Assembly: GCF_009914755.1 (NCBI RefSeq)
Contig: NC_060933.1
Reading direction: 5' to 3' (one strand)
DNA from: the human T2T-CHM13v2.0 reference genome, Homo sapiens
DNA: 64,000 nt
Shown one piece after another: positions 27,605 through 45,149 of the stretch (position 1 is its first letter; the number at the start of each line of letters is the position of its first letter). The notes beneath the pieces were generated by a model, which saw nothing but the letters and a program-made list of their open reading frames with translations, made no database searches and was not told where the DNA came from. Made by a program: the position numbers and the translations under genes.

Positions 27605-28010
27605 TTCGGTATAGGCTAAGCTAACAACAAAACCTTTCAACATTCTGTGGCTCTAGCAAAAATATAACTCATTCTCTCTAAGGAAATAAGTGGATGGGTT
27701 CATAGACTCCTTCAATCTTGTTACTCTTAGTCCCCAAGGGATTCTCATGGCTAGCTCAGCAATTTTCTGCATTTTAGTCAAGGAAAGGGGAAAGAACATA
27801 TGTTGAAGGTAAAAATTTTCCTTTTAAGCAAGTGATATGGAATTTATACACATGACTTCTGTGCATTTTCTTTCTTCAAGAATGTAGTGACAAGGCCACA
27901 TCTGGCTGCAAAGGACGCTGACAGGTGTATCCAAAAAAATTCCATTACTCTCTGGAAGAAGGTTAGAATGGATTTTGGTAGACAACAAGCAATCCTCCCT
28001 ACCCTGAGAG
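27605..28010 (-). mobile_element. Old MLT1-type LTR
   Basis: TAGTGACAAGGCCACATCTGGCTGCAAAGG motif typical of old MLT1 LTRs in antisense. Confidence 0.5.
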
Positions 28011-28077
28011 TATATATATCCACCATGAGTCAAATTTCATTCTATAGTCAATCTAAACATCTAGATTTTCCATTTTT

Positions 28078-28898
28078 TTATTTTTTTTAAATTATTATTA
28101 TACTTTAAGTTATAGGGTACATGTGCACAACGTGCAAGTTTGTTACATAGGTATACATGTGCCATTTTGGTTTGGTGCACCCATCACCTCATCATTTACA
28201 TTAGGTATTTCTCTTAATATTATCTATTCCCCAGCCCCCAACCCCCCAACGGGCCCCGGTGTGTAATGTTCCCCTCCTTGTGTCCATGTGTTCTCATTGT
28301 TCAACTCCCTCTTATGAGTAAGAACATGCAGAGTTTGGTTTTCTGTCCTTGTGACAGTTTGCTGAGAATGATGGTTTCCAGCTTCATCCATGTCCCTGCA
28401 GAGGACATGAACTCAGCCTTTTTTTGTCTACACAGCATTCCATGGTGTATATGTGCCACATTTTCTTTATCCAGTCTATTACTGATGGACATTTGGGTTG
28501 GTTCCAAGTTTTTGCTATTGTGAATAGTGCTGCAATAAACATCCATGTGCAAGTGTCCTTATAGCAGAATGATTTATAATCCTTTGGGTATATACTCAGT
28601 AATGGGATTGCTGGGTCAAATGGTATTTCTAGTTCTAGATCCTTGAGGAATCACCACACTGTTTTCCAAAATGGTTGAACTAATTTACACTCCCACCAAG
28701 AGTGTAAAAGCATTCCTACTTCTCCACATCCTCTCCAGCATCTGTTGTTTCCTGACTTTTTAATGATCGTCATTCTAACTGGCATGAGATGGTATCTCAT
28801 TGTGGTTTTTATTTGTATTTCTCTGATGACCAGTGATGATGAGCATTTTTTCATATGTCTGTTGGCTGCATAAATGTCTATGAACAGACATTTCTCAA
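28078..28898 (-). mobile_element. L1PA7-like 3' fragment with a 19-nt 5' inversion
   Basis: Antisense L1 3' end to 28879, sense ATGAACAGACATTTCTCAA 28880-28898; TSD TAGATTTTCCATT at 28062-28074 and 28899-28911. Confidence 0.92.
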
Positions 28899-29946
28899 TA
28901 GATTTTCCATTCTTAATCATAATGCTAAGAGCTTATATAATGAATGTGATGTTATTGTTTCCATTTAGTTTTTATGTATTGAAACAACTCAAAACACTTT
29001 GAAAGCAGGCTGACAAGAAGTCCACTAAATTTAGCGTTAGTAAATATAAGTGGCATATAATCTTTTTGCCTCTACTTTTATTTTTATATTTCAAAATCCC
29101 ATATATAACTTATGTATTTATCATTATAAATGTATTGTTAATATGGATAAGAATTTTATAATTTCTGTCCTTAAAGATGTTAAGAATTGATATTGACTTT
29201 AAGAATTGACATAAAGGATTAATGCCATCGTTAATGATAGTAAGGATTTCTATCGTAAACTAAAGGATTTTTTACATGGTCATTACTAGGGAATAAGACA
29301 TAGTGTATCTCTAATTGTTTATGGCATTCATTGCCATTATGGGATTGGCACGTTTGGACCTTTGTTCAATACGATTACATTGAGTTATTGAAGAAACATT
29401 TATGCATTGAAATATGGCACTAGATATTTCCTTAAAGTGCTGTTACTCTTGGTATTGCAAACCCTCACACTTCTCTTAGCACTCAGATGCCCCAACTTGT
29501 GCCTCCACTTAACACCTGTGTTCCCACCTACCCCCTCATTCCACACACATACACACTTTTCAGTAGCTCATTCTGCTGAGATGTGTTTAACCATCCTGAG
29601 TTAGTTATATAAAACCAACAAGATGCCCAAATCTTTAGATTCTGTCTCTATCAATTACATAAACTGGGTCTATGGTAATATTTTTTTGCGATCATGTAAC
29701 ATATGCAAAAACTCTTTTCTGCCTATTTTTTACTTAAATTTGAACTTTAATTTGTCTACCTTCTCTCTTTGTGAGTCAATTACAAGTTCAAATAAGTCTC
29801 AAAAGACAGTACCATAAATTGATGCAATACTCAGTGAAACAATGGGCATTTAAAGTATCCTATATAATACTACCAATTCATAGAAAGTCAGCTAATATAC
29901 TTTATATACATATAAATCATTATAATGATCTTCCTAGGCTAATTTG

Positions 29947-29979
<33 letters not shown>
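29947..29979. repeat. (GC)n(CA)n microsatellite
   Basis: Direct reading. Confidence 0.95.
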
Positions 29980-31964
29980 TCAGCCTTTTACTTTCGGTGG
30001 GACTCCAGTGTTTTTCAAAGAGCTCTAAAATTACAGCATTTAGAATTACAAAAATCACAATTATTAGGAGGACATTGTTCTCTTCCAACTTGCTTAGACA
30101 CTGAATTGTCACAGTGAAAGCTAATTTTAGGCTTCATTTTCAGACCCACGGAGAATAACACTAGCTGTACCATAACCTTTGTTCTTGAAAATCTGTTTCC
30201 CCAAGCCAAGTAATGGGTTGATTCCACTATTCATATCCTGTCATTCATAATTTCCAAGGTGTTATTAGTCATCTGAGAACTAAAAGAAATGCCACAGTTT
30301 GAATATTGCAGCAGAGTGTGCAAATTTAGCCTTGACCTACATACAAGTTTTATAAGAAATAACGAGAAAACTATTTTATTGGCCCCCACACAAAAAAATA
30401 ACTAACAACAAAAACAAAGCTTTTATGAGCTGTTGGATTCTAGAGAATTTTTGAAACACAAATATACAAGGTGAAACAGAAGAATAAACTGAAAAGAACA
30501 AAAAAGCAAAAAAGTAAATAATTTATCTAGCTAGAGAGACTTAAAAATATAAGGGATTAGAAGAAAATCTTTCAAAGCAGAGATCCTGTAAAACCTTAAC
30601 CATATGCTTTTTTTTGTCAAAATTGGATTTGTTGTGTCACACCTCCGTAATTCAGACCTGCAGTGCTTGGAAAATAGCTTGTTCAGACTTACCCCATAAT
30701 GATTTTCTTAGCACTATTTTTCAATGAATGTTTCCTAACTTGGAAAAACATTATGGGTTGTTATGAAGCTGTTTTTATCTGGGTCAGTGAGTAGTTTAGT
30801 GAAGCAGAAAATATCCTCCAGAATGGAGTGAGGATTCACCTAACTCCAGATGGTCAATATAGCTAGCATTTTTATATTCAGCACTGCCATATTTCTTTAA
30901 ATGAAGTGCTATACAGGTGCCTCAATTATTTAACATATCATGGTTTAAATAATGTTATATTTTGGAGGTGGGAGACAAGGAAATGAAAGTGACATTGTTT
31001 CAGTATAGGAGCACTATATCCAAATAAAACTGTATAATGAACCAGACTCTACTTCTTCGGTAGAAAAAAACATCTGTAAGTTTTCCAGAATTTCCTCCTA
31101 TATGAACTTAAATCACTAAAAGATTCAAGGTTCATTGATAAGAATATATAGTTTTTTTTTCAAAAATTCTATTTCAAGTGTTTACTTTTATTTTTCCAAA
31201 CTTTAAAATGATTTTATTTGTGTCAATTTGTCTGACTCACCCTGCCTTCTGTGTTATGAAGACATTGGAAACTGTTTTCCAAAAGCCTAGTTTCTTTGTG
31301 AGGGTAGCACACATGATACCCTTTCATAAAATAATAAAACCTAGAAGAATAATCATATTGTCCTTGTCCCTTCTTAGAACGTACATTTTTAAAACAATTA
31401 TCCAGTTATCAGGGTGAACTGTTACTAGTAATTATAGTCACTTCCCCACCAAAATTAACATTGATCCTGGGCAAATAGCCAAGATATAAATACTGCCAAG
31501 TCCAGAATGATCTTTTTTTGGTTCATTTTGATAAGACTCAATTCCTGACTATAATAGTTATGTGAATAGTAAAGAAATCCTGATCTTACACAGTGTTGAT
31601 TACTGAAACAGATTCTGGGTTTCATTCTAATGGCTTCAAATGGCATACTCTCTCAAGGAGGTCATGCCTTCTTGCTAGAATTCCAGCTTGGTTTATAGAA
31701 AACTTGCTAGTTTGTGTAAAGATTAAAAATTCAAAATCCAAAAATAGCCTACATATTTTCTGGGGTTTACTCATAAATTCTACAGATTCTGTTAGGAAGA
31801 TCTCTCTGTTAGCATATTATTAACAAGATAAATTATTTGTAGAAACTAATCTTTTAATTTTTAGAGCATTTGGCTATGGCATATTTTTGACTCACTTGAA
31901 ATATTAAAGTTTATAATTCTGTATGTTCATGATGCCGTTTCATTTACTATGTCTTTTAATAGGT

Positions 31965-32641
<677 letters not shown>

Positions 32642-34096
32642 TTCATCAAGCATTTTGAACAAAGATATTGTCTTCCAGTCTTCATACTTGGTAATATAAG
32701 ATCTTCCATACTGCCTTAAAAATACCAAATTTTAACTGTTGAATTAAATAAAACAGATCTGTAATACAAACAGCTGAACAGCATATACCTATTAGCTTTT
32801 CTCATTTGTAGAAATAAATTTCTGGAGAATGACTGATTACGCTAGTCAAGAAATGCCCCTTTAATAACTTTTAAATGTTAGGTAAAGAATGGATGTGATG
32901 AGAATTTAAAATGGCATAATTTAAGACCCCAGAGGTAAATGCATAAACTACTTCTGTTCAGTCCATGCTGATTGCAAGATAGAAAGAAAATATCTTGCTA
33001 TGCAAATCCTAAGATTCAGGCTAGGCTCTCTTTATTCTTTAGTCACAGTTGCAGACATCCAGCCTCTATGCAACAGCCATGTTGGTTATTAAAATATTAA
33101 AACATTTGCCTAACAATTGGTCAAGAGCCACTCTCCCGATCCCACATACTGAGCACAATAAATGCAGGACCAAATTCCCTCCCCTGGTACCCTTCCCCAA
33201 TCTCTTCATAATCCAGCAACCGAAGCTGTCATACCTAGTGTTTCAGGAGTCCGCAGGACTGTATCAGTCCACAGACAGCATTTATTCTAATCACAGAGTG
33301 CCCTCTGGGCAGTGCTCATGCTATGCGGGAAACTGAAAATGTTTAGTATCACTCATCAGTTTGATCAAGAGTAGACCATTTAAGTTTTTGATGTGTTCCA
33401 AGTAGAGGCTAGATTCCATTGCTCATGATAGACACTAAAAAGCAGTTTACTTCTTGCTGCTGTCCAGCTCACTTTCTCTAGCAGTTCAACCCTTGGGAGC
33501 CAAAGGGAAAAAAAAGTAACACTTTTAATATTTGGAGTAATAGTCAAATTAATCATAACATTTGCCCCTCAGTGTCTTCTAATAATATTTTTTTCTTTTT
33601 TGCCTACAATGTTTTCATTTTGGAAAATTAACCTATTACTAATTTTTAAAAATTAGCTAGTGTTTCAAATATCAGTAATAGCCAACATCTGTGTTATTTT
33701 AAGTTGACTTAATTTTAAAGTCCAATACCTATAGCCTTCTACCTGAAGAATAAAATTATAGAGAAATGTATATAAAGACTTAAACCAGGAAAAAGAAGAC
33801 CCAGAAATGACCAGAGTCTGACCATAGCACTTGCAGTACATCATACTAATTAAAATTATGGAATATAAAATTTCATTATTTTCGTAACCCTTGCTTAACA
33901 GTTTTCTCTTTGGGACAGCACATTTTTAATCCTTTAGAAGGAAAAAATGATGTCATTCTACAGTGAACAGTAACTTCAGAACAGAACACCTAATTGTGGG
34001 CCTATCATCAGAGTTCTTTTAACACAAAGGATTGGAAGGAGAGAGGAAAGTGAAAGATCTGGAAGATGGGTATGCTTTTTAGGGCCTCAAATTCGA

Positions 34097-34566
34097 TGTG
34101 ATTCTCTGACACCTGTGACTGTCACAGGGCCCTAAAGGCCTAGACATGAGTTCTCCTGCTCTCACTAGATATGTTCCCACCCAGAAAGCTTTCCTACCTT
34201 GTAATTTCCCTAGAAGCCAGACACTGTACGCCCCAGCTCGCCCTCAATCAGATGGGTTTTGTCTCCCTGCCAGACACTAAATATACATACAAGCCAATCA
34301 CATGTTCCTGAGGAAACCAAAAGTCACCTCACTCTCTCGTCACTACAAAGCCTTCCTCCTATAGCGCCTCACTCTGTTCCTGGCCGCAATCCTCCGTGTG
34401 GTTCTACATATTCTACAGCACCCACCTCCCCTAAGATGTGAATATATGCTATAATGTGCAAATTACATCTGTCTAGTGTCATGTGTCATGGGTTCAGCCA
34501 TTCTGGACTATTTAAGGTAGAGGATCCCTCCTTCACCAATAGGGTAAGTAGGAGTGAATCAGAATA
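34097..34566 (+). mobile_element. MER74-like ERVL LTR
   Basis: CAAGCCAATCACAT, ACTACAAAGCCT; end GGATCCCTCCTTCACCAATAGGGTAAGTAGGAG. Confidence 0.6.
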
Positions 34567-36559
34567 GGGTGAAATAGACTGAAGTGATTGCTATTTCAGG
34601 AGAAAAGCCACAATTTAGAAGAGACAGGGTCCATCAACTATGAAATTCCAGCCCATTTTAATCTATTAGATACTGTGCTTAAGGTCTGTGAGCTTTGCCA
34701 AGGCCTACAAAAACATTTGAAAAATGTTAGCTCCTAATGCAAAAACAAAAATGTGAAATTAAACTTAATGAAAGATGGATTAAACCTCTGTAATATATAA
34801 TTACTAAACTCTTTTATAGTTATATGTCAATTAAGCTTAATGTGAAATGTGAGTATATTTCAGTGTGCTTAAGACATGCGGATGAATGGCACTGGTAAAA
34901 TTTCCCTAGGAAATAAAATTATTCAGAACTGCGAAAACTGACTTAACAAGTAAATGTTAGTTTCTAGAAATTCAGAAAATAACAACGAGAAATGAGCATA
35001 AAATGACTTGCACAAAGTAAGAGAAAAAAGGAACAGCTGCGGTAAGAAGAGAGGGCCCAGTAAAAGACAAAATATATTACTGCAGACATGCAGAGAATTG
35101 TTTTCCAAAGGGCTAAGGAAGGGGCATTTTGCCTGCTGGAGAATTCCTGGTTATATTTAATAAGAGAAAACATTAAGAAAAAGAAAACATACATTCTCTC
35201 TTATCTAATGTACTCTTGGGTTAGAAAATAGTGAGATCCCCACATTGTGGTCAGAATATTCGTAACATATATTCAAGTCTTCCACCCAACAACCTATTTC
35301 AAAAAAACTAAACTAATATAACTACATAATGGCATAGGGCAGTGTTTATAGGGCTATTCATCCAGGTTCTTTCAAACAAATTCAACTGAGAGTAAACAAA
35401 TAGTAAATGAACAGTGCCAGAATGAACACCACAAACCAAAACTCTCAGCATCTTTTTCCAACTGATATAACTCTAATGGAATAATAAATAAGTATGTTTT
35501 GTGCAGAGAGAAAGATGGTATATCAGTCAACACTAGGAGTCTGAATGAATGTACATAATATGGCATCGTCTTTTTGTTATAGGTTTATCTTCACTTATTT
35601 TCTCATCATTTGAAATGAAACTTCATCACTACTATGTATATTTTTCTTCCTCTGTTTGTCATTGTTCTTTCTTGTTTTTTCTTTCTTGTTTTAAATAATT
35701 GTGATTGTGTTTTCTATGAAATGACTGAAAGTATTATGACCTATACAAAATAATCAATGTATTACACATACACTGTCATCAGTGGTAGTTATATTTATCA
35801 AGATGGAATATGATGCACAGAAATTACCTGTGACATTTATTTTGAAATTCATAAAAAAGCTTGTAGCTCTTGTGATAATGATAATATTTCTCCTAAATCT
35901 TTAATTTGGAAAAAAATCAATCATTTACTTAAATAGTAGGAGTATATGAAGGATTGAAAACAACTGCAATAAACAGTTTAATAAAGAATTTTTAATTTAA
36001 ACATGGTGAACAGTAGAGAAAAAAATCTGTCTTCTGAGAGGTTTTTTTATAAACAAAATTTCTAAAAGGCTGTCTCCTATATGTTTAATGTAATAGAAAC
36101 TGTGCTAAAGAGAAATGGTGCATTTTTTGGAAAGTTAGAGTAATAAAAGGTTTAAGTCACCAAAAGGTTGACTGCTAACTTTAATTTAGCCTCATCTATT
36201 TAAATGATTGCATTATAGCTGACAACATTTTGTGACATATACTGAGTGTAACGATTCATTTATTTTTTCTGCTCTAGTAACTGCATCATAAATTATCATT
36301 AATGTCTACCTAAAACTCAGTAAGAAATCTTCTTGGCATATTAATCTGTACTCTATTAATAGACAAATTTCAATGTCCAATATAAATTTTCTGCTTTCAT
36401 TTTCATAATGCCCACACAGGCTAAGAACATTCACGAGATTCTAGTACCCTTTCTAATATACACAATATTTAACCATTTAAGTGCTTTAAATTATAAGAGA
36501 GTTTTAGGTTCATCGCCTTGTCTATAAACACAGAATACTAAAATTTCTATTATGTGGTA

Positions 36560-37765
36560 ATTTGAACTAATTTAATTTTTAACTTTATACTCAGTATTGA
36601 TTTATAATTTTAAAACTATATATTATAAAAAATATGTCTGAATGACTAAGATAAGGGGCAGATGTGTAACTAATTCTGAAAATACTAAAATATGCTATGA
36701 AAATGTTGTAATTTTTAAAGTGTGGAACAAGTACAGGAAAAGACAAAGACAGGCAGATAAACCAAGAAAGAGAGAAAGAAGAAAAGAGCCTGAAAGCAAA
36801 TCTTGTTAATGGAAGAATTAAGACTATGAGAAAGGGTAGCATTTCGAATCATCAGAGAAAATGTACACTTAAATGTAAATAAAAATAATAAAAATACCCA
36901 AGGAAATAAAATGGGCATCTACAAAATCTTATGGGTGGAATTGATAGACTTATTTTTTTTGAAAAAAGAGTTTCAGACATAAAAATTTTACATTCCTGTC
37001 AGGCAATGGTTAACATTTTAATATTTAAAGAGTTTTTAATAAAATGAATATATCAATATAATTGATAAAACAATTTACAAAAGAAGAAATGTAAATAATG
37101 AACATGAGAAGAGGGTTCAAACTCATTAGTAATTTACATAAAACTAGAAACAGTGATGGGCCTCTTTTTTCATTACTGATTTGGCGAAATGAAAGAAAAA
37201 TGGAAAAATGAAGGGGAGAAAGAAAAAGAAAGAGGTAGGGAGACAAAGGAAGAACAGGAACACTGAAGTATAGAAAGTAGAAAAGCATATATGATGGAAA
37301 GAAAGGAGAGAAAAAAGGAAAATTTCTTACCCATGATTAGACAAGGTATTAAAAAATGGGCAATTTTATACCATGTTAACAGCCATAAAAATTGATACAA
37401 GATATCTGCTGCAAAATTTTTCAGTATATCTCATAAGTGTGTATATATCTCAGCTTTCTAGGAATTTGTACTAGACAAATCAAGGTTTGTATAAATATTT
37501 AGCACAAGATGTTACAGCATTGTGTTTATGGGAAAAAAGTTGCAAGCAATCTAAATGACTGATTCAAGAAGTTCATTGAGAAAATTATAACATGTATATA
37601 TGAGTTGCAATTTTTAAAAATAATGCTGTTAAAAAGTAATGAAAAAGGAATAAGATATATTACTTAGTGGGGAAAACATGGTAATAATACCAATATAGCT
37701 TACAAAATAATTGCATATTTCATTTGACAGTATACATTATATATTATTTATATGAAATTGCTAAT
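36560..37765 (+). mobile_element. Degraded L1M (L1ME-like) fragments
   Basis: A-rich sense strand; ATGAACATGAGAAGAGGGTTCAAACTCATTAGTAAT, CTTTCTAGGAATTTGTACT. Confidence 0.5.
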
Positions 37766-37770
37766 AGTGG

Positions 37771-38133
37771 TGTCTAGTACATTCATTCAGTTGTAACAAA
37801 ATACAATAAACTCAATGGTTTATAAATAACAGAAATTTATTTCTCAGAGTTCTGAGTCTGAGAAATCAAAGATCAAGGGCTGAAAAATCTTATGCCTGGT
37901 GAGGGGCACTTTTCTAGTACACAGATGGCCATCTTTCTACTGTAACCTTAAATGGAAGAAGGGACAAAGAAAGTATATTGAGCCTCAGCCCCTCTTTTAT
38001 AAGGATGCTAAATCATGAGGATTCTGTCCGCATGACCTAATTACCTCCCCCAAACCACTTCCTAATACCATCACTTAGGGTTAGGATATCAATTTATGAA
38101 TTTTGTGGGGACATAAACATTCAGACCATAGCA
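37771..38133 (-). mobile_element. MLT1A0-like solo LTR
   Basis: TAACAGAAATTTATTTCTCA...AAGATCAAGG...ACATAAACATTCAGACCATAGCA; flanks AGTGG/AGTTG. Confidence 0.85.
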
Positions 38134-38218
38134 AGTTGTTATAATGGAATGGGATATTCTGGCTTAAAACATTCGGACCATAGCAAGTTGTTATAATGGA
38201 ATGAGATATTCTGGCTTA
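38115..38218. repeat. 52-bp tandem duplication
   Basis: 38115-38166 vs 38167-38218, two mismatches. Confidence 0.95.
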
Positions 38219-38618
38219 TTTTTCTACACTTTACTTGTATGTTCTTTTTTTTCTATTAGATATTCACTACTCAAGTTTCAGGCAAGAAAGTTGCCTTGTG
38301 GGTTTTGACAATTTGTCGACAGAGATTTTGTACATATACCTTTAGTTTTTAAATCTTTTTCTATTAGCTAATAATTTTTCTTTACGAATAGCCTATTCTT
38401 ATTTTTATATCTCAAAATTTCTAAACATTGGAATGTGATATTATATCCAGGCTGCCACTAGAGGTATAACTGGAAGTACAAATATATGTTTCTTACTAAA
38501 AAGACATTTTATAGCTAATAATGATAGTGGATATTTAAAGAGTACCTATATATACCATGCACTAATCAAATTGGTACTTTGTATACATATATATATGTAT
38601 ATATATATATATATATAC

Positions 38619-38911
38619 TTTTTTTTTTTTTGAGATGGAGTCTCACTCTGTCACCCAGACTGGAGTGCAGTGGCGCGATCTCAGCTCACTGCAACCTCCG
38701 CCTCCGGGGTTCAAGCAATTCTCCTCAGCCTCCCGAGTAGCTGAGACTACAGGCGCATGCGGCCATGCCCAGCTAATTTTTTTTGTATTTTAGTAGAGAC
38801 GGGGTTTCACCGTGTTGCCCAGGCTGGTCTCAAACTCCTGAGCTCAGGCAATCTGCCCGCCTCTGCCTCCCAAAGTGCTAGGATTACCGGTGTGAGCCAC
38901 CGCGCCCGGCT
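38619..38911 (-). mobile_element. AluS preceded by (TA)n at 38583-38617
   Basis: Full antisense dimer ending CCACCGCGCCCGGC. Confidence 0.92.
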
Positions 38912-39794
38912 ATGGCTATATGTTTTCAGTAGTTTATAAACTGTAACTTTATTTTTTCAGCCAATATGATTTCTTATTGCTATTTATTATAAAATTATAA
39001 CTGCTCTTCCAGGAAATATATTTGTTTCCCAAATGTGATAAAGTTACACTTGAGAGTAGAATAATTTTTTTAAAAAAATAAGTTAAACAGTAAGGCTAAC
39101 ACTCAAAATACTATGAGCATACCCTCAATACTGTCCATAATTAATTACAGCTACATTTAAAAAATAAGACCAAAGAAGAAACACTAGCTAAGGAAAACAC
39201 AGGTCACACTATATACTGATCCATGTCCCCTTTCCTTACTAGTTGTTCCCACTCTAAAATTCGTATCTCTAAAATGAGTATTTCACAATTTGACAAAGTT
39301 TTTCATTTTCCTCAGGACCCCTTTGCACTTACAACTACCTGTTTTTCACGAGTTATTTCCTCTGCCACTTAGATTCAATGGCCTCTTTTCATTAATTTTT
39401 GCCCAGCAGCAAATAACTGTATACTTTCTTCCTTTAACCTTGGATGATACTAAATCGAAGCTCATAGAGAAAATAACTGACATGTCATGTCCTTGGTTCA
39501 TAATAGATGTGAACGACAACCATTTCTGAAATCTGAATATAGAGTGACTACTCACTAGTTCTAATAGGTTAGCCTAACTTTCATTCAATACTGTCAAATG
39601 ATCAGGATTCTACTAAATCCCAAAGAAGACTTGCCAAGTGATTTAATTTTCATTTTCTTACCATTCTGTATCCCAGTAGGCTTTACACATTCCTCTCAAA
39701 GAGCAATTAGTAAGTATTTAATATCAAAGGCCTTTCTGAGAAGTGAATTTAAGTGTGGAAACCCTCACCATAACAAATTCACTGCATCACTGAG

Positions 39795-40195
39795 AAACAG
39801 GCTAGGATAAAACAAAATCTAAAACTTAAAAGAGTTAGAAGATTGTTTCCCTTTCATGTAATAACTTGGAGATAGGCAGTCTAGGGGTAACTTGACGTTC
39901 ACATGAGGTTTTATCTTATGGCTTACCATGCATGGTTTCCATTTCCAAGGCTGCTCGTGGTATCAGGAAGAGCTGGAACTCTTGTCATTTTGTGTATATT
40001 CTAGGCAGCCGGAGAGAAGAAAAGATTTACAGAAAGGATATTTCCCTATCCTTTTAAAGGCACGCCACAGAGATTTCATCTTACTTCCACTCAAGTCTCA
40101 TTGGCTGGAACTTAATTGTATGACCACATCTATTGCAAGAAAGACTGGGAAAAAAAACGAAGAGTGGGAGGATGGACTTTAAAAAGACTGCCAGC
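39795..40195 (-). mobile_element. Old MLT1-type LTR fragment
   Basis: CTCATTGGCTGGAACTTAATTGTATGACCACATCTATTGCAAG...GACTGGGAAA. Confidence 0.5.
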
Positions 40196-41215
40196 AGATG
40201 CCGCCACGTGCACTTCACACATATTTACACATGTTTTGCACTCAAATTCAAGTAGTTTATGAAGCCCTCCCCATGAGCCCTATGCCAAAAATCCCTGTCA
40301 CACAGATCCAACAATAAGAACCCCCACTCACACAATGAAAATTCTTATGCCAGGTTTATGACTTGATAGCCCTCTTGGGCCACTCTTTATAATAGAGACT
40401 CCACCAGAAGCTCTTTGGTAGTTACAAATTATCTATAGGTAATTTATATTTATTCTCTGACTTTGATTTCATCCTGTGTGGCACAAACTTCAGCCTCACT
40501 AAAATATCCTTCTCATTTCTAGTAGAATACAGGATGTGTTTCATATGACCTGCCATCAATTCCTTTTGGCCATTACCTGGTGATTGCCACTTTTTTCCTC
40601 CTATTTTAGCATTTTGTTTTGATTTCTCCTTCTAGAAATCACAATTTCAAGCCTCTGACATGAAAAGCTTCTTTGAAGGGGCATTTTAACTGTCTTTGTA
40701 GCAAATGACTTTTTTAGGGGTTTGAGGGATTTGATGGCTGATCTAGGAAAAAGATATGACCATGAGGTTGCTTTGACCAGTTTGCAGGTGGGGGATGTGC
40801 AGAGGTTATGGTGAGGTGGTTTGGGAGTGCAGGAAAGAGATGGGGGCATTGCTACCTCAAAGAAGTAGAGAGCAAGGGAACTCTCAGAGGAGTGGTGGAT
40901 CAAAGAGAGGGCTTAGATATCTAGGTGATGTGGCTTAGAAGGATGGTGGGAAGTCTCTGGACCAAAGAAGCTATAACTGCTAAGTCCTATCGTATCTGTA
41001 GGTAATAGCTGTCATGTGAGGCTTTATGGAGTATGCAAAACAAGCAGACTATGAATGACTAAAAATTTGCTTGTTTGGGCCATATTTAAAATAATTTGAT
41101 ATGTAAAAATTTGAGTTTGGGGGCTGTTAGGCTTTTGAGCTAAGGGTGTCTCAGCCTGCAGTGAAGAAATAACCAAAGGGCCAATGTACAGAAGCTATCT
41201 GTGGTTCATTTATAC

Positions 41216-42194
41216 TGTTAACTGGAAAAAAAAAAAGCACACCACAACTTATAAATTTAGAAAATGAGAGGAGACTTTATGTCTTATAAGGGGTTACAGC
41301 CTTTAAGGTGGCCGCCATCCTGCAGGTTGGGAAAGGTGCCTCCTGCAAAGACCAGGGACAGGCCCTGCCAATTAGTAGGGGTGGGGATAGAAGCTGTTTG
41401 CTGAAAGGGTTGACTAAACATACATTTTCAACATGTTACAAGAGGAGCTATGAATATTAATGAAGGTGGTCCTGACGCATGCGTATTGGATAAACATGCA
41501 TGTTACAGACAACCCATGTTCACTTTTGGGTGGAGACTTAACATTTAAATGTATTACGGTTAGGCCTTATATGTCAAAAGATTTCCTCAGGACTTGAAGG
41601 TATATGAAATATGCAACTTCTGTAAACCAGCCAGAATCAGTCCATTGTCGGAGGTCCTTCTTGATGGGAGAAAGTTATTGAAATCAGTCTCTTGTCCAAT
41701 CATAGCTGTAGTTATGGCTGGTGAAAAAGAGGCTGGAGTTCAGTGTCTGGCGGTGGATGAGTTGCAAATCGTTTTACTTAGCTTGCTTATCTGGAGGCCA
41801 GTGCTTGTTTAGCCTAGAGAAAAAGAAAAGCTTTGTAGCACAGTTACAGCATAGTTTATTCTTTAATTGTACCCATGCCAGACCCTTGCCTGGCATGGCC
41901 TTAGGTCTTGTTTGTAATTGGGCATCTTATTGCAACAAAGAGTCTGTTCTGTTGGTCTTATGATCTCTATGTTAACATTAATGCTGGTCAGTTGTGGGTA
42001 AACCATGAAAGGGGGGGATATAACAAAGCATATCTGACCTCCCATCCTGTCACCAACTCAGTTTTGTTTTTTTGTGGGGTCCCTTTGGCCGCAAGGAACT
42101 TAGTTTTAAGTTTTTTTTTCTGGGGGCCCTTTGGGGTCTGTACAGCACGTGGTAGCGGGCGGGACAGGGGTTAAGATTTTATTTTTAGTTTACA
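41216..42194 (-). mobile_element. MER4-group (ERV1) solo LTR, ~980 bp
   Basis: TG...CA termini; minus-strand start TGTAAACTAAAAATAAAATC; exact 4-bp TSD ATAC at 41212-41215 and 42195-42198. Confidence 0.8.
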
Positions 42195-42208
42195 ATACAA
42201 TACTTTTC

Positions 42209-45149
<2,941 letters not shown>

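Noticed and set aside
33296-33312. CTCF-like TGCCCAGAGGGCACT on the minus strand
   Set aside because: The first three consensus positions mismatch and there is no other support
40601-40903. 100-aa minus-strand ORF in a G-rich block
   Set aside because: No recognisable domain; probably degraded ancient repeat, family not identifiable by eye
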